Source: Camelus dromedarius (lineage: Eukaryota). Taken from it: 64,000 bases of DNA. The stretch lies in assembly GCF_036321535.1 (NCBI RefSeq), contig NC_087437.1, positions 104,906,001 to 104,970,000 of the forward strand, given 5' to 3'. The stretch's first letter is position 1; each line of letters starts with the position of its first letter. A program made the position numbers and the translations under genes. The notes beneath the pieces are model-generated. The model saw only the letters and a program-made list of their open reading frames with translations. It was not told the origin of the DNA and ran no database searches. Positions 12,576 through 24,420 of the stretch are shown in pieces.

Positions 12576-14195
12576 TGTTCTGATTATCTACTGCTGCATA
12601 ACAAATCACCATATAACGTAGGGCTTAAAACACAATGGGCCTTCTGACCGCAAATTATTTACAGCAAACTCATATAAAGAATGCGTGAGAAACTTCCCTG
12701 TCCCCAGTCATGAGAAACCTCTTTCCGTTTTGCACTGGCTTGGTGTCCAGAGTTTCATCATCTAATCAAGTTTAAGTGAGAGTGAGCCTCCTTGATTATT
12801 CTTCAGATGCACACACACCACCCCACTTCCCTCCAAATTCTGTGCCTCACAATCCAAAAACCCATGAAATAAGGAGAAAAGTTATCTATCAAACTACACT
12901 CCCAACATAAAATAAATGCTCATTGAAATGGAGGAGAGGAGAGGGATGGGAGACACAAAGATTTCACAGGTTCATAGCAATTTCAAGTCAAGACGATGAC
13001 GTGATGCCAGCTCCCTGATAAGAATCCGGGCATGCGCCTTGGGAATGATTCTTGGCAGTCTAGGTCCCTCTTTCTCGGTCGTTCTTGCATTTGATGAGAA
13101 AGAGTTTGTGTTTGTAGCTAAGGCACTTTCTCACAGCCTTCCTAACAACACAAGTTTGGGAGCCCACAGTCTTCTTTTCATTTTGTACCATTTCTGCACT
13201 TTTGGTCTAAACATGCAATACATAAATACTCCCTGGGCAACCTATGTGCCTGTTTATAATTAAATCAATAGATCAAAATCACAAACACGTTGTTTTACAG
13301 GCCTTCTGAACATGGGTTACTGATGAGGATGATGTGAGAAAATGTCCTTAAGATTCTTTGAGATTAGCTTTAAATGGCACATCAGGCATCATCGTATACC
13401 TCTCTGAAGTCTTGACAAAAGGTCTCACAAATATTCCTTTGATATCTTTCTTTCTCCTGAGACCGCATTCTACTGACAGTGGCCTGGACTTTGGCTATAA
13501 TGCTGTAATCAATTAATTAGTTAATCAATGCTATAATTAATGCTGTAATTTCTTAATTTGATAATCTCTTATTGCTATGGATTGAGAATAAGAACTAATT
13601 TTATATTTCAATCCAACTATCCTTGTTCTTTTTACCTTTTCTCTCTATTCTTCTTAAAAATACACCAGTCCCTTTCTTAAATAATCTCTCTCTCTCTTTT
13701 TTTTTTGTTACATGCAATTAAATGAAATAATTTGGAATTAGTTTGTATAGAAATCTCCATAGGCAGATCCGTCATTGGTTTGGTAAAATTCCTGTGTATC
13801 GCAGCACAGACAACAGTTAAGCTATCTGGCATTACACATCACTAGGCATCTTTTTTCCAGCCTTTGATAGCACTTTTCTCACTTTCTTCTTCCAGTAGTT
13901 GCCTATTGCCTATTCCCAAGGCCATACTGCAAATTTAGAGTTTTATTATTGACTCACCCCATTTCTCATACCAAAATCTGTTCCAATCAGCTGTTTGTGT
14001 ACAGAAAAAAATATAGTGGACTACAAAACTAACAGTCATCTATTTTGTTTATGAATATGTGACTTGGGGCTACCTAAGTGGCAACAGGTTGGCTTTGTTC
14101 CACAAGACATCAGCTGGGAGGCCCAAGTTGAGCTGGATGATGTGCTTTCAAGTTACATCACAAACTGTCAAGTTGGTCAACAGAGTCTGCCAGCA
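12576..14195 (-). mobile_element. MaLR element retaining internal sequence (MLT1H/G-like LTR remnants plus MLT-int)
   Basis: Two LTR ends (tgttctgattatctactgctgcataacaaatcacc at 12576; tgttccaatcagctg at 13979) flank about 1.3 kb of internal sequence; minus-strand junction gattttggtatgagaaatggggtg is the MaLR-int start. Confidence 0.75.
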
Positions 14196-15439
14196 GCTAA
14201 GGATCCCAATGAGACTTACTCCATATGGAGAAAAAAGATGGCCTGCAAAGAGCCACAGACTTGGCCGAGTTCCCAAATACTTCACCTTTGCTTTACCTTC
14301 CTAGGACATTGTGTTAAAAATGCGACCTGCATCCCCACGCCCCAGATAAGCATCTTTACCCAGTAAGACAAGCAGTGAACAAAGAAGGAGGGGGGGTGCT
14401 TATTCAAGCTTCCCGCCACACCCAGGTGCTACAACCCAGAATTTTTCCCACTCAAAACACTTGAGTAAGAATTTTCCTAAATGAGACTTTTTTAAACCGA
14501 TCTCATAGAATGATGGGTTCTATTAAGTATCTGAAATTGTATTTCCATAGAAAATATCTTTCCTTTGGGTAAATGCACACATTAATAGGTAACTTGTGTC
14601 CTGTTTTCACTACACCTGTATTTTTTCTAGACTCTTCCCTGTCCTTTAATGGCAATATTCCTTCTTCTTTCTAGACAAGTGCTCACTTTTCACCCTAAAA
14701 TTCTAGATGAATTGGCTTTCCTCTTTTCTATTTTTGTCTAAATCTAATTTTTCTAAGTTCTGCTTATATCAGCAATAATGCTGATTTTAGGTCATTGTGT
14801 CTATGATTCCCCTCTTTCCCTTGGGGTCTTATGCCGCACTTTAGTGCTTCAGTTGTTTTTATTATTTATCTATGATGATATGGGATTAATGTCTGTTGAA
14901 TGAATGTTTGTCTTCTAAATTAAATTATAAGCTTACGGTCAGAGAATATTAAATATTGTTAGATTGAATAAAGGTAAATGAATGGGTCGTGTATGTTGCG
15001 GGCGGGGGAGAAAGATAAAGAGACAGAAAGAAGAATGTTCTTATGACTTGGTAAAGGTAATTTAAATTTCTAAATGACTAGCTTTCTCCCAGAAACAGTA
15101 TCAAACCCTACCATAGTATGACACTTTTTTTTCCTTTTCCAAGACACTTTGATAAGAAAATGTCCATATGTAAAAGCTGTTTTATTTTTATCCTTTGATT
15201 ATTACCATTTTAAATGTTAACTCTTGGTTCAATGTTGGCCATAATTTTCTAGTGACCTTTATGTCTAATTTATTAGAAATCCTTTCTTATTTCCCTGCAC
15301 CTCTGCAGGATTTGTATTTCAGAATCGATCATTTCTTTCTCATCTCTGAAGCTTGATCATGTTAATATTAAGTCTGAAAATAAACTTTAAGTATCTAAGC
15401 ATTTTTCAGTATTTGCTTTAGTTTCTAAATATAAATGAT

Positions 15440-15803
15440 TAACTTAGTTACTTGGGTTGCTATAATAAAATTCCATATACTGGGGTGTCTTAAACAACAG
15501 ACATTTATTTCTCACCATTCTGGAGGTTGGGAAGTCCAAGATCAAGGTGCCAGCAGATTCAGTTTCTGAGGAAAGTCCCTTCCTGGCTTGTAGATTGTAG
15601 ACTATATCCTCACAGGGCAGAGAAAGCTGAGAGTTCTGGTCTATTCTTATGTAAGGACACTAATCCCATCATGGGGGCTCCACCCTCAAGACCTCATCAA
15701 AATCTGATCACCCTTCAAATGTCCCACATCCTAAAACCATCACATTGGGGGTTAGCGTTCAACATACGAATTTTGGAGGGACACAAACATTTAGTCCATA
15801 ACA
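15440..15803 (-). mobile_element. MaLR solo LTR (MLT1A-like)
   Basis: cttaaacaacagacatttatttctcacc...gaagtccaagatcaaggtgccagcag...cacaaacatttagtccataaCA; perfect 5-bp TSD atgat (15435-15439 / 15804-15808). Confidence 0.92.
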
Positions 15804-18800
15804 ATGATTTAGACTGATTTATAGGAAGGGAAACTAACCCTTGAAGAATAACTAAAATTGCATCAAGAGAAGCTGAATTCCTAAGAGATAAGACAAGGGT
15901 CTAATAGCTAATATCACTGTTAGCTCAGCCACAAATAAGCTTCCAAAGCTGTATCATCTCTAGAGTAGCTTTGAAGAGGTGAGTGAAGGTGCCTCAACTC
16001 TCTTCTGCGATAGTGATGATAATGACTGTTCCTTTTCTCTTAGCAATTTGCACACAAGCCCTTCTCTAAACATGCTCTTGCTACGCCAATTCTACCTGTC
16101 AACAGGTAGCTTCACCGACCTGGACAGATGTTTCCTATGGCAACACTGGAGGGCCCGAGAAGAAAAACTGGACCGCCTTTTATGCATTTTTCCCTTTGTT
16201 TCAAAACTGAACTGGAGAATGTCAAAACTCAGGCTGATACTGATCAGGAAGCTTCCCAAATCAGAAATGTTGCTAATGTCATGTGATAAAAATGAGTCAG
16301 AGGCAGCTAAGGGGTTAAGAGAAAGTGAGCAAGGGTGCAGATATTCCTGTGTTACTTATGACAACGTAAGCATAAGATTATTTCTTTGAAAGTTATTTCT
16401 GGGTCTGGTCGTGTGTATGAGCAACGTACCTTTCCAACACTGGGAACAGAGTGGGAACTCAATACTTTGTCAGTGGTGTTGTAGTTGTTATTACCAAATG
16501 GATGAATAAAATTGCCCCAGGTCCTATTCTGAGTAATCATACATTACATGTGCACATAACATGTGCATAGTGTTTGATAGGAAAAGAGGATAATTAATCA
16601 ATTAGTACCCATTTTATATCTAAGACTGTTGGGCAGTGACTAACAGTGTAAACTGCTCTACTAAAGAATAACAGGAAAGCACAAGTAGCTTCCATTTTGG
16701 CCTAAACATCATATTACTTTCCAGAGGGTTAGTCAAATATCCTAAATCCTTTTTATTAACATCTTCTTGAACACACTGTATTTCTTACATTTAATAATGT
16801 CAAGACTTTTCACTCGAGGGTTTACATTTGATTTTGCCACACAATAGACAATTCCTAAGGCAATATGTAATTCCAATCCATTAGTTTACTGGGTTGCAGC
16901 TTCTGTGAACTGTGAGCGTGTCATTTTTGATAATGAAGTCTAGTAACACATAGAATATAAAGATAAATAAACTGAAAAATGACTCACTATCTAGTTCACA
17001 TAAGTGGTTCCTTTTAAATAAAAATCTAGTTTTCATCTTTTTCTATAAACCCTTATTAATTATGAATGGCCAATAGAAATTTTAAAACAATTACTAGTAC
17101 ATATAAATAAGTGCTTTATAAAATATTCAAGAAAGTCACTTAAGTCATAGATTTCGTTTTAAAAGTCATCTTTCATCAATAATTTTTATTTCCTCCCTTT
17201 CAGTTTCTACTTTTATAAATCCATTATAATTATCTTTGCTTATTTATTACTTCATTTGTTATCATAGATTTTGTGTCCCCAAAGCACGTCATGCTACCGA
17301 ACGGTTGAAGTCTTCTCGGTAGAGCCCACCTGCTCACAGGAAGAGTGAAACCTGATGTCACAGCAGGACTGCTGCAGTTGATGGTTTTAACCTGAGTCCT
17401 TAGTATCATTTCAAGTAATGCAAACTACGTTTTCCCTAAAGCCATTTCCTGGTGTTAAAAAAGGGAAAATTTATGTTTCGTATTACACTTGATTTTTATG
17501 ATCTGAAAACTGAAATCCTCTTCCTTGTTTGAAGAAGGAGGAGGAAATGCAATGTACGCAATCCACCCGTTCTAGCCTCCAGGGGACTATCCCACTAAGA
17601 AGAGTTCAAATAAACACTGAATCTTATATTTACGCAATAGAAAATGATCTTTTTAAAATAATTTTTCTTCCTCCCTTTCTATAAAACTTAGTGTCATCCT
17701 AATTGCACTTAAAGTTTACTGCATGATATTAGATAACCAAATGTCTTTATCTTCTTCAAGCTTATTAAATAATATAGATTATTTCCATTGGTCATTTTGA
17801 GAATTTTCATTCTAAACAGATATGCATCAATATCAATCAATATCAACATATATTTGCATTATTTATGCAGAAGAAATGTACCACCCTGGATGTTTATAAA
17901 TATGTGTGTGTGTGTGTGTATGGCGGGGGGGGAGGGAGAGATACAGAGACAGAGAAAAGAAAAAAGGGAGCGGGAGGGAAAAGAAAGGATGAGGCATACA
18001 GACCTTGACATGCAGCGGATATTTACCTATATTCTTTGGAGAGATTTACACGCACACGTACTAGATCCCTGGAGCAGAGAGGAATGGTGTGAGAAAATAG
18101 AGCTAATAAAATCTATCTCCAGAAAAGACATTAGCAGCATCTACCTTCCTTGAAGAAAAGGAAATGGGATGACGAGATGCAATGCATTGGAAGATACCAG
18201 ACATCTTTATCAAGTGAAGTGTCCAGATGACAATATACGAAGATTCTAATAGACCCAACCCCCAGCTCAGAAACATGCACTTATGGTGACATTTGAGCTC
18301 CAAGGCAGACTCCTTAAGAGAGGTCTTTGGATGTCTGAAACCTGGAAGAAGAGTAAAAACCAATAATAGAAATGTGTCCTACATCACCACCTGAGATGGG
18401 CGATGCCAGGATGACTTCCAGATGCTACTTGGCACTGCTGGACCATTTCACGCCTCAGGCAGGGACAGAGTGGCCAGCACACTTGCTGAGACTCACACTT
18501 GTTTCTGGAGAGGGGGGTATGTAGCTTTGGAAGGAGAGTGGGGCTCGTGGCATCCAGCACCAGGGGTGGAGGGGGAGCTCGGGCAGACTGGTGGGGAGCT
18601 CAGTGAGCCAGCGTGGCCAACGGTCTGGCTGGAATGTGCAGGTGTCCCAGGTGGAGATCTTTTCCTGTAGCGGCTCTTGGGTGTAAATGAGACTGGCCCT
18701 CTCACCCCTCCTCCACCAGAAGCTTGAAATGAGCCTGTCCCTGCATTCAGTTTCTAGAAAGTGGAGACAGTAAGAAGAGCCTTGATCCACATTCCTACCT

Positions 18801-18964
18801 GGCTCTGGCCCTGATGCTACATACCAGAGAAGAAAGACTCCAGTGGGGCTGAGCAAAAAGGACCCACTGAAGCCCCCAACTTCTTCCAAGGGCAATGGCC
18901 AGAAGGCACAGGTGAAAACAAAGGACACCTGAGAAGAAAAGATTTAAGGTGGAGGTTGGTTTAA

Positions 18965-19175
18965 TCTATGCCTGGCTTTCCTCATTCTGAAGTTCACATG
19001 CAGTCACCTGGGGCAGGTGGGAGGCCAGCTAGGGAAACATCTAACGATGCCGCAGCTCAGGCACTGCCCCAATCCAGGGACAACGTCTGCATGTGCAGTA
19101 GGTGTGGTCAGGGCGCATTGTTCAACACGGCTGCATTGTGTGATTCTAACCAGGCTCTGTTGGAATCACAGCATA
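18965..19175. mobile_element. Possible MER5-like hAT MITE
   Basis: Weak match: cagtcacctgggg...cagtaggtgtggtcagggc...gtgattctaa...ttggaatcacag. Confidence 0.35.
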
Positions 19176-20047
19176 TTTCTTGGAGCAATTTGGGGAGTAT
19201 AAAGAAATGTACATCAAGAACTTGGGGCTTCTCTCAATGAGCCATTTCAGAGGGCATCAGGGCTGTCATAGCAGAAAAAACTGCTAGAAAATAGATTGAA
19301 AGTTTCACTCTTCATCTGAATATTTTGACAAAATAGAGACATATATAATGTCAAACATAAGTTACTCCCTTCAACTTCTTCCCTAAATTCCAAATACAGG
19401 ATGATTTCAATTGTGTAAACTAATGAAAAATAACTATGTATGTGTATTTGTGGTTTTTTAATGGTGACTGCATTGGTATGTGCCTGCTAACTTTTCCTGA
19501 AATTGTTTGAGTTATTGTATAGCTTGGGATCATTTTATACTATAAGAATTCTGCAATCTCTTTCTTAGAAAATACAATCCCAAACTAGGCTGTTTTAAAT
19601 ATAGATAGTCAGTGGTATCTCAAGTAAATACTATTTGTGATTTAACCAAACAGAGCACTTTAGATTGTAACAACCTCCTCTCCCACACATGCCTGTCTGA
19701 GGTATGGTTATTAAGGTTTTGCTAGAGCAAAACAGGCACATGGCATTCTATTAGCAGAAAATCATTTCCAATAAACTTATTTAGGGAGTATGATTTTGAT
19801 TGTTGGTGCACAGCTTTATTAAGATATATGTAATGAGACTGGCCTTAACTTGCTGGACATGAGGTGAGAAATGAACTTGAACTTGAGTGCAGTTCCTGGA
19901 CAGAAACCAATGAGGGCCCTTCTTCAGTTTCTTCACTGGGTCTGCCTTTAGCACTATGCACCAGGGGCAGCCCTAAAGATTAATGCTGTGGAGCATATTT
20001 TCCTGTGATTTTAGCCATTTGTATATTCTTCTTTTTAAAATTAAAAA

Positions 20048-20215
20048 AAAATTTATTGTTTTTTTTTTGGAAGAGTGATTATTTAGGTTTTTTGGGGGGG
20101 GTAAAGGAGAGGTAATTAGGTTTATTTCCTTATTTTTAGAGGAGGTACTGGGGACTGAACACAGGACCTTGTGCATGCTAAGCATACACGCTACCACTTG
20201 AGCTATACCATCCCC
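20048..20215 (-). mobile_element. Camelid tRNA-derived SINE (Vic-1-like)
   Basis: Minus strand ggggatggtatagctcaagtggtagcgtgtatgcttagcatgcacaaggtcctgtgttcagtccccagtacctcc...aaacctaattacctc, with A box, degenerate B box and A-rich tail; inserted into an old L1. Confidence 0.9.
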
Positions 20216-20269
20216 TCTTCTTCTTCTTTTTTTTTTTTTATCCCCTCTTCTTCTTGAATGAAATGTCTA

Positions 20270-21090
20270 TTCTAATATTTTCACATCTCACAAAATTTAC
20301 TATTTTAAAGTGTATAGTTCAATTTTACTATGTTCCCATGTGAAACCAATACCACTAAGTTTAGATTATTTTTGTTACTTCAGAAAGAAACAGCCGCTTC
20401 CTAATCTCCCTCTCTCCTACCCATGACAATCACTGATCTACTTTCTGTCTCTGTGAATTTTCCAGTTTGGGCTCCTTCAAGTGAAGACAACTACACAATA
20501 TATGGCCTTTTGTGACAGACTTCTTTTGTTGTTGTTGTTTTTTTTACCCAGACTTCTTTTTCTTTGTATAATGTTTTCAAGGTTCATCTGTGTTCAAACT
20601 TGTATCATTACTTCATTCCTTTCCATTGATGAATACTGTTCAACTATACTACTGTATAGATATACCACATTTTGTTTATCAACATCTCTTAAGCATATTC
20701 CTATGGGCAAAATCATTGGGTCATATGGTAACTCTATTTTATCTGTTTGAGGACATCCTAAACTGTTTTCCAAAGTGGGTGCATAATTTTACAATCCCAC
20801 CAATGAGGAATAAGGTTCTAATATCTCCTCATTCTGAAGACTTGTACTATTTTTTTTTAATTTTAACTACTTTGGTGGATATAAAGTAGTACTCATTATA
20901 TTTTTGATTTGCATTTTCCTAAAGCTTAATGATGTCGCATCTTTTCATGTGATTATTAGCCTTTTATTATCTCCTTTGGAGTAATGCCTTTTCAAGTTTT
21001 ACTCATTTTTAAAATTTTTGTTTGTTTTTCAATTGTTGAATGATGATTTATTTATATTCTGGATGTCAGACCTTTGCCAAATACTTTATC
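20270..21090 (-). mobile_element. L1MB-like 3' end
   Basis: ttttaaagtgtatagttca...cactgatctactttctgtctct...gggtcatatggtaactctat...aactgttttccaaagtgg...gatttgcattttcct. Confidence 0.85.
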
Positions 21091-21734
21091 TATGTCAATT
21101 AAGATTATCATGTAATTTTGTTCTTTATTCTATTAATACAGTATACACGTGGCTTTTAATAGAATCATACTTGTTACATGATAGTCATTTCTTATACACT
21201 GTTTATCTTAAAATCAAAAAAAGATGAGCCTGAGGGAAAAATACCCCCAAGTTTGGCAGAAAAGTACCTGTCCTCTAGTTTACTACAGTATTTGTATACT
21301 GCAATACAGAGTGTAATTTATATGATTCTTTATTCAATCAGGTAATATTGATTTTTCTATTACATACTTGGACAGAAGGAAATCTTAAGGCATAACACTA
21401 TTTTCAAAGCTCTCGCTATGACGAAGGAAGAAAAATGACAATTGTAGTACACTTGTACACTTCTTGTCATTTAAATGTGACTTGAACATTACGGATCCAA
21501 ATATAACTTCTGAAAATTCTAGCTGAAAAATTGAATTAGCAAATCTTGTCTTTTTTTTCCCCCCTTCTTAGTTTGGTTAAAAAGCATAGCCTGTGGTGCC
21601 TTTGAATAGTGAGGAAAATCGAAGGAAATAGAACTAACCTGATAGTGCATATCTTCTTTTATGGTAACCATTTACCCAAGTAACTCAAATGTAAACCGGA
21701 GAAAAGTAGTTAAGTTGTTTTCTCCATATTAATG

Positions 21735-22075
21735 TTGAAGTGGTTTGGGTCCTTAGCAGATTTTAAGATGCCAAGGCGCACCAGAACTGCAGGAAGGAGA
21801 AACACAGGCATGAAGGATAAAGAGGAGAGGGAGTAGGTTAGGGAGATCCAAGACTAGAGAGCAAGTTTTAAGGGTTAAGACATGTGGAAGGAGGGCAATT
21901 AAAAAAAAAAAAAGAAAAGAAACATTAAGTATAAAGAGTTTCCATCTGTAGTACAGCTCTGAAAGGGTCTCAGCTAAGCGTATGGAAAGCACTAGAGCAA
22001 AGACAGCTTGTTAGAAGGGTCCTCCATTGAGTAGAAATGACCAGATTCAGTAACCCTTTCATGCTCAGCTATTTG
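21735..22075 (-). mobile_element. Old ERVL LTR fragment (LTR16/LTR33-like)
   Basis: ctagagcaaagacagcttgttagaagggtcctccattgagtagaaatgaccag...catgctcagctatt resembles old ERVL LTRs. Confidence 0.5.
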
Positions 22076-22604
22076 CATATAAAATATCAAACTGTATATC
22101 TGCTAAAAGATAACATGTGAGGAAACCTATGTGACTTTGTGTACAGTGATGACTTTTAGATACAAATCTCAAACCACATTGCATGAAAAAAAGGCTGACA
22201 ATTGTTCTTTATTTATATTAAAAACTTCTGTTCTGTAAAGACACTAACAGGGAAATTAGAATACTTGAAAAAGCTATTTGCAGAACACATACCTGATAAA
22301 CAACTTTTATCCAAAACTTACAAAGAACTCTTAGTACTCAGCAATAAGAAAACAATTTCTTTTTAAATTGGCAAAAGACATAACAGACACCTCACCAAAT
22401 AAGACATATGGATGTCAAATAAGCATGGAGTAATGTTTAACATTATTTGTCACTAGGAAATTGCAAGTTAAAACAAGATACCACTATATATCCATTATAA
22501 TGGATAAAGTCTGAAAAAAAAATAGCCTGACATAAAATGCTGGTGAAGATGTGGAGCAAAGAGGACTTTCATTCATTGTTACTTGGAACGTAAAATGATA
22601 CAGC
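22076..22604 (+). mobile_element. L1MC/MD ORF2 3' fragment
   Basis: aaaaacttctgttctgtaaagacact...caaagaactctta...agacacctcaccaaa...gataccacta...aaatgctggtgaagatgtggagcaa. Confidence 0.85.
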
Positions 22605-23185
22605 TGTTGAATTACAGTTGATTCACAATGTGTCAGTTTCTGATGTACAGCATAGTGATTCAATTTTACATGTATATGCATATATTCTTTTTTGTATTCT
22701 TTTTCATTGTAAGTTATTATAAGATACTGAATGTAGTTCCTTGTGCTATATATTAGGACTTTGTTGTTCATCTATTTTATACACAGTAGCCCATATCTGC
22801 CAATCCCAAACTGCTAATTTATCAATCCCCTTACCTTTTCCCCTTGGTAACCATGAGTCACTTTCTGTCTTGTATCTTGTTCATTTGTATCTTTTTTTAG
22901 ATTCCACATAGAAGTGGTATCATATGATATTTGTCTTTGTCTGACTTAGTTCACTTAGTATGATAATCTCTGGGTATATCCATTTGTTGCTGCAAATGAC
23001 ATTATTTCATTCTTTTTATGGCTGAGTAGTATTCCACTGTATAAATATACTACAATTTCTTTATCCATTCATCTGTCGATGAACATTTAGGCTGTTTCCA
23101 TGTCTTGGCTATTGTAAATAATGCTGCTATGTACACTGAGGTTCATGTATCTTTTTGAATTAGAGTTTTATCTAAATACATGCCT
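22605..23185 (-). mobile_element. Cetartiodactyl/camelid L1 3' end, 5'-truncated
   Basis: gttgattcacaatgtgtcagtttctgatgtacagcatagtgattca...tagattccacata...ttgctgcaaatgacattatttcattc...ttggctattgtaaataatgctgctatg. Confidence 0.9.
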
Positions 23186-23822
23186 AACTGTCAATTCCTA
23201 AATGTGGTATGTACATTGTGACTTCCATGCAAAGATTACAGTATGAAAACCAGGAAAAAACAAAAGAATAACTTTATAATGGAGAAACCTGATAACCACT
23301 ATTTCAGTTACATAATCAAAATCAGCATTAGCAGTTATAAGTCATGTTGATAATAACAAAAATGGCCTGTTACCTCTATGACCTTCCTCCCCAAACCCCA
23401 CAGCCTCAATCTAATCATGAGAAGAATATTAGACAAATTCCAAAGGAGAGGTATCCCGTAATACAGCTAACCAGCATTGCTCAAAACTCCCAAGGTCATC
23501 AAAAACAAGGAAAGACTGAGACTGTCACAGCCAAGAGGATCCAGAGGAAACGAACAAGTATACGTAGCGTGATGGAATAGAAAAAGATGGCATTGTGTAA
23601 AAACTGGGTTAATCTGAATAAACTGTGGACTTTACTGAATAATAAAGTACTAGGACTGGTTCATCAATTTAAATAAATACACTATACTTATGTAAGATGT
23701 ATTATTCCAGGGAAACTGTGTGCAGAAAGGGGTAGGGAGTGTATATGAAAATTCTATGCTATCTTCTGAAGTTTTCTTTAAATCTAAAGTTGGTCTAAAA
23801 AATAAAGTCCATCTTTAAAAAA
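23186..23822 (+). mobile_element. L1MD/L1MC 3' UTR
   Basis: atggagaaacctgataaccact...ctaatcatgagaagaatattagacaaattcc...caaggtcatcaaaaacaaggaaagactgag...tctaaaaaataaag. Confidence 0.85.
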
Positions 23823-24249
23823 TCATAGTTGTGTATGTGTTGCTTAAATTCTTGGCCACTAGTCTATGGAATTCAGAAAGTGCTGAAAATGTGGATAAGG
23901 GCTAAATAGAGAGAGAGAGAGAAAAGTGAATATAATGGGAAAAAACTTCCATTTAACTACAAATAAGGAATAATTTTATTTTTTAATATTTATTTTATAA
24001 TGAGAAGGATTGGAGGCATTTTAAATAAATTATATACTTGGGCCTTGAATAAGTCTGGTGCCTTTACTTTCTTATGATGAACACAGTATATAATGCAGAA
24101 GGAGATGTGTTATAAATAAAGTCCAGGTGACTGACTCTTTTTAGTCTTGGGAGGATGTGGTTTTTGGACATCTCAAAATAATTTCAAAGATCTACCCACT
24201 CAGATACATATCAAGTCCCACCAGCTTTAGTAGGTATGACTAAATTGTA

Positions 24250-24420
24250 TCCAAATGTTTCTGCTTACATCATTTCATTGGACCGCCAAAACAATTTTGT
24301 GAAGTGAAAAAGAAAAGTATTTTTGTACCCACTTTATATTTGGAAAATAAAAATGATTCTTGAATCCACACACATCAGTAATAAGGAAACCTAGGAGTAA
24401 ATGCCAAGATCTGGCAACCT
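24250..24420 (-). mobile_element. Degraded MIR
   Basis: acatcatttcatt...aacaattttgtgaagt...cccactttata...gaaaata; weak MIR core. Confidence 0.45.

Noticed and set aside
20140..20215. tRNA-like sequence
   Set aside because: It is the head of a SINE, with a degenerate B box, SINE body and A-rich tail; not a tRNA gene
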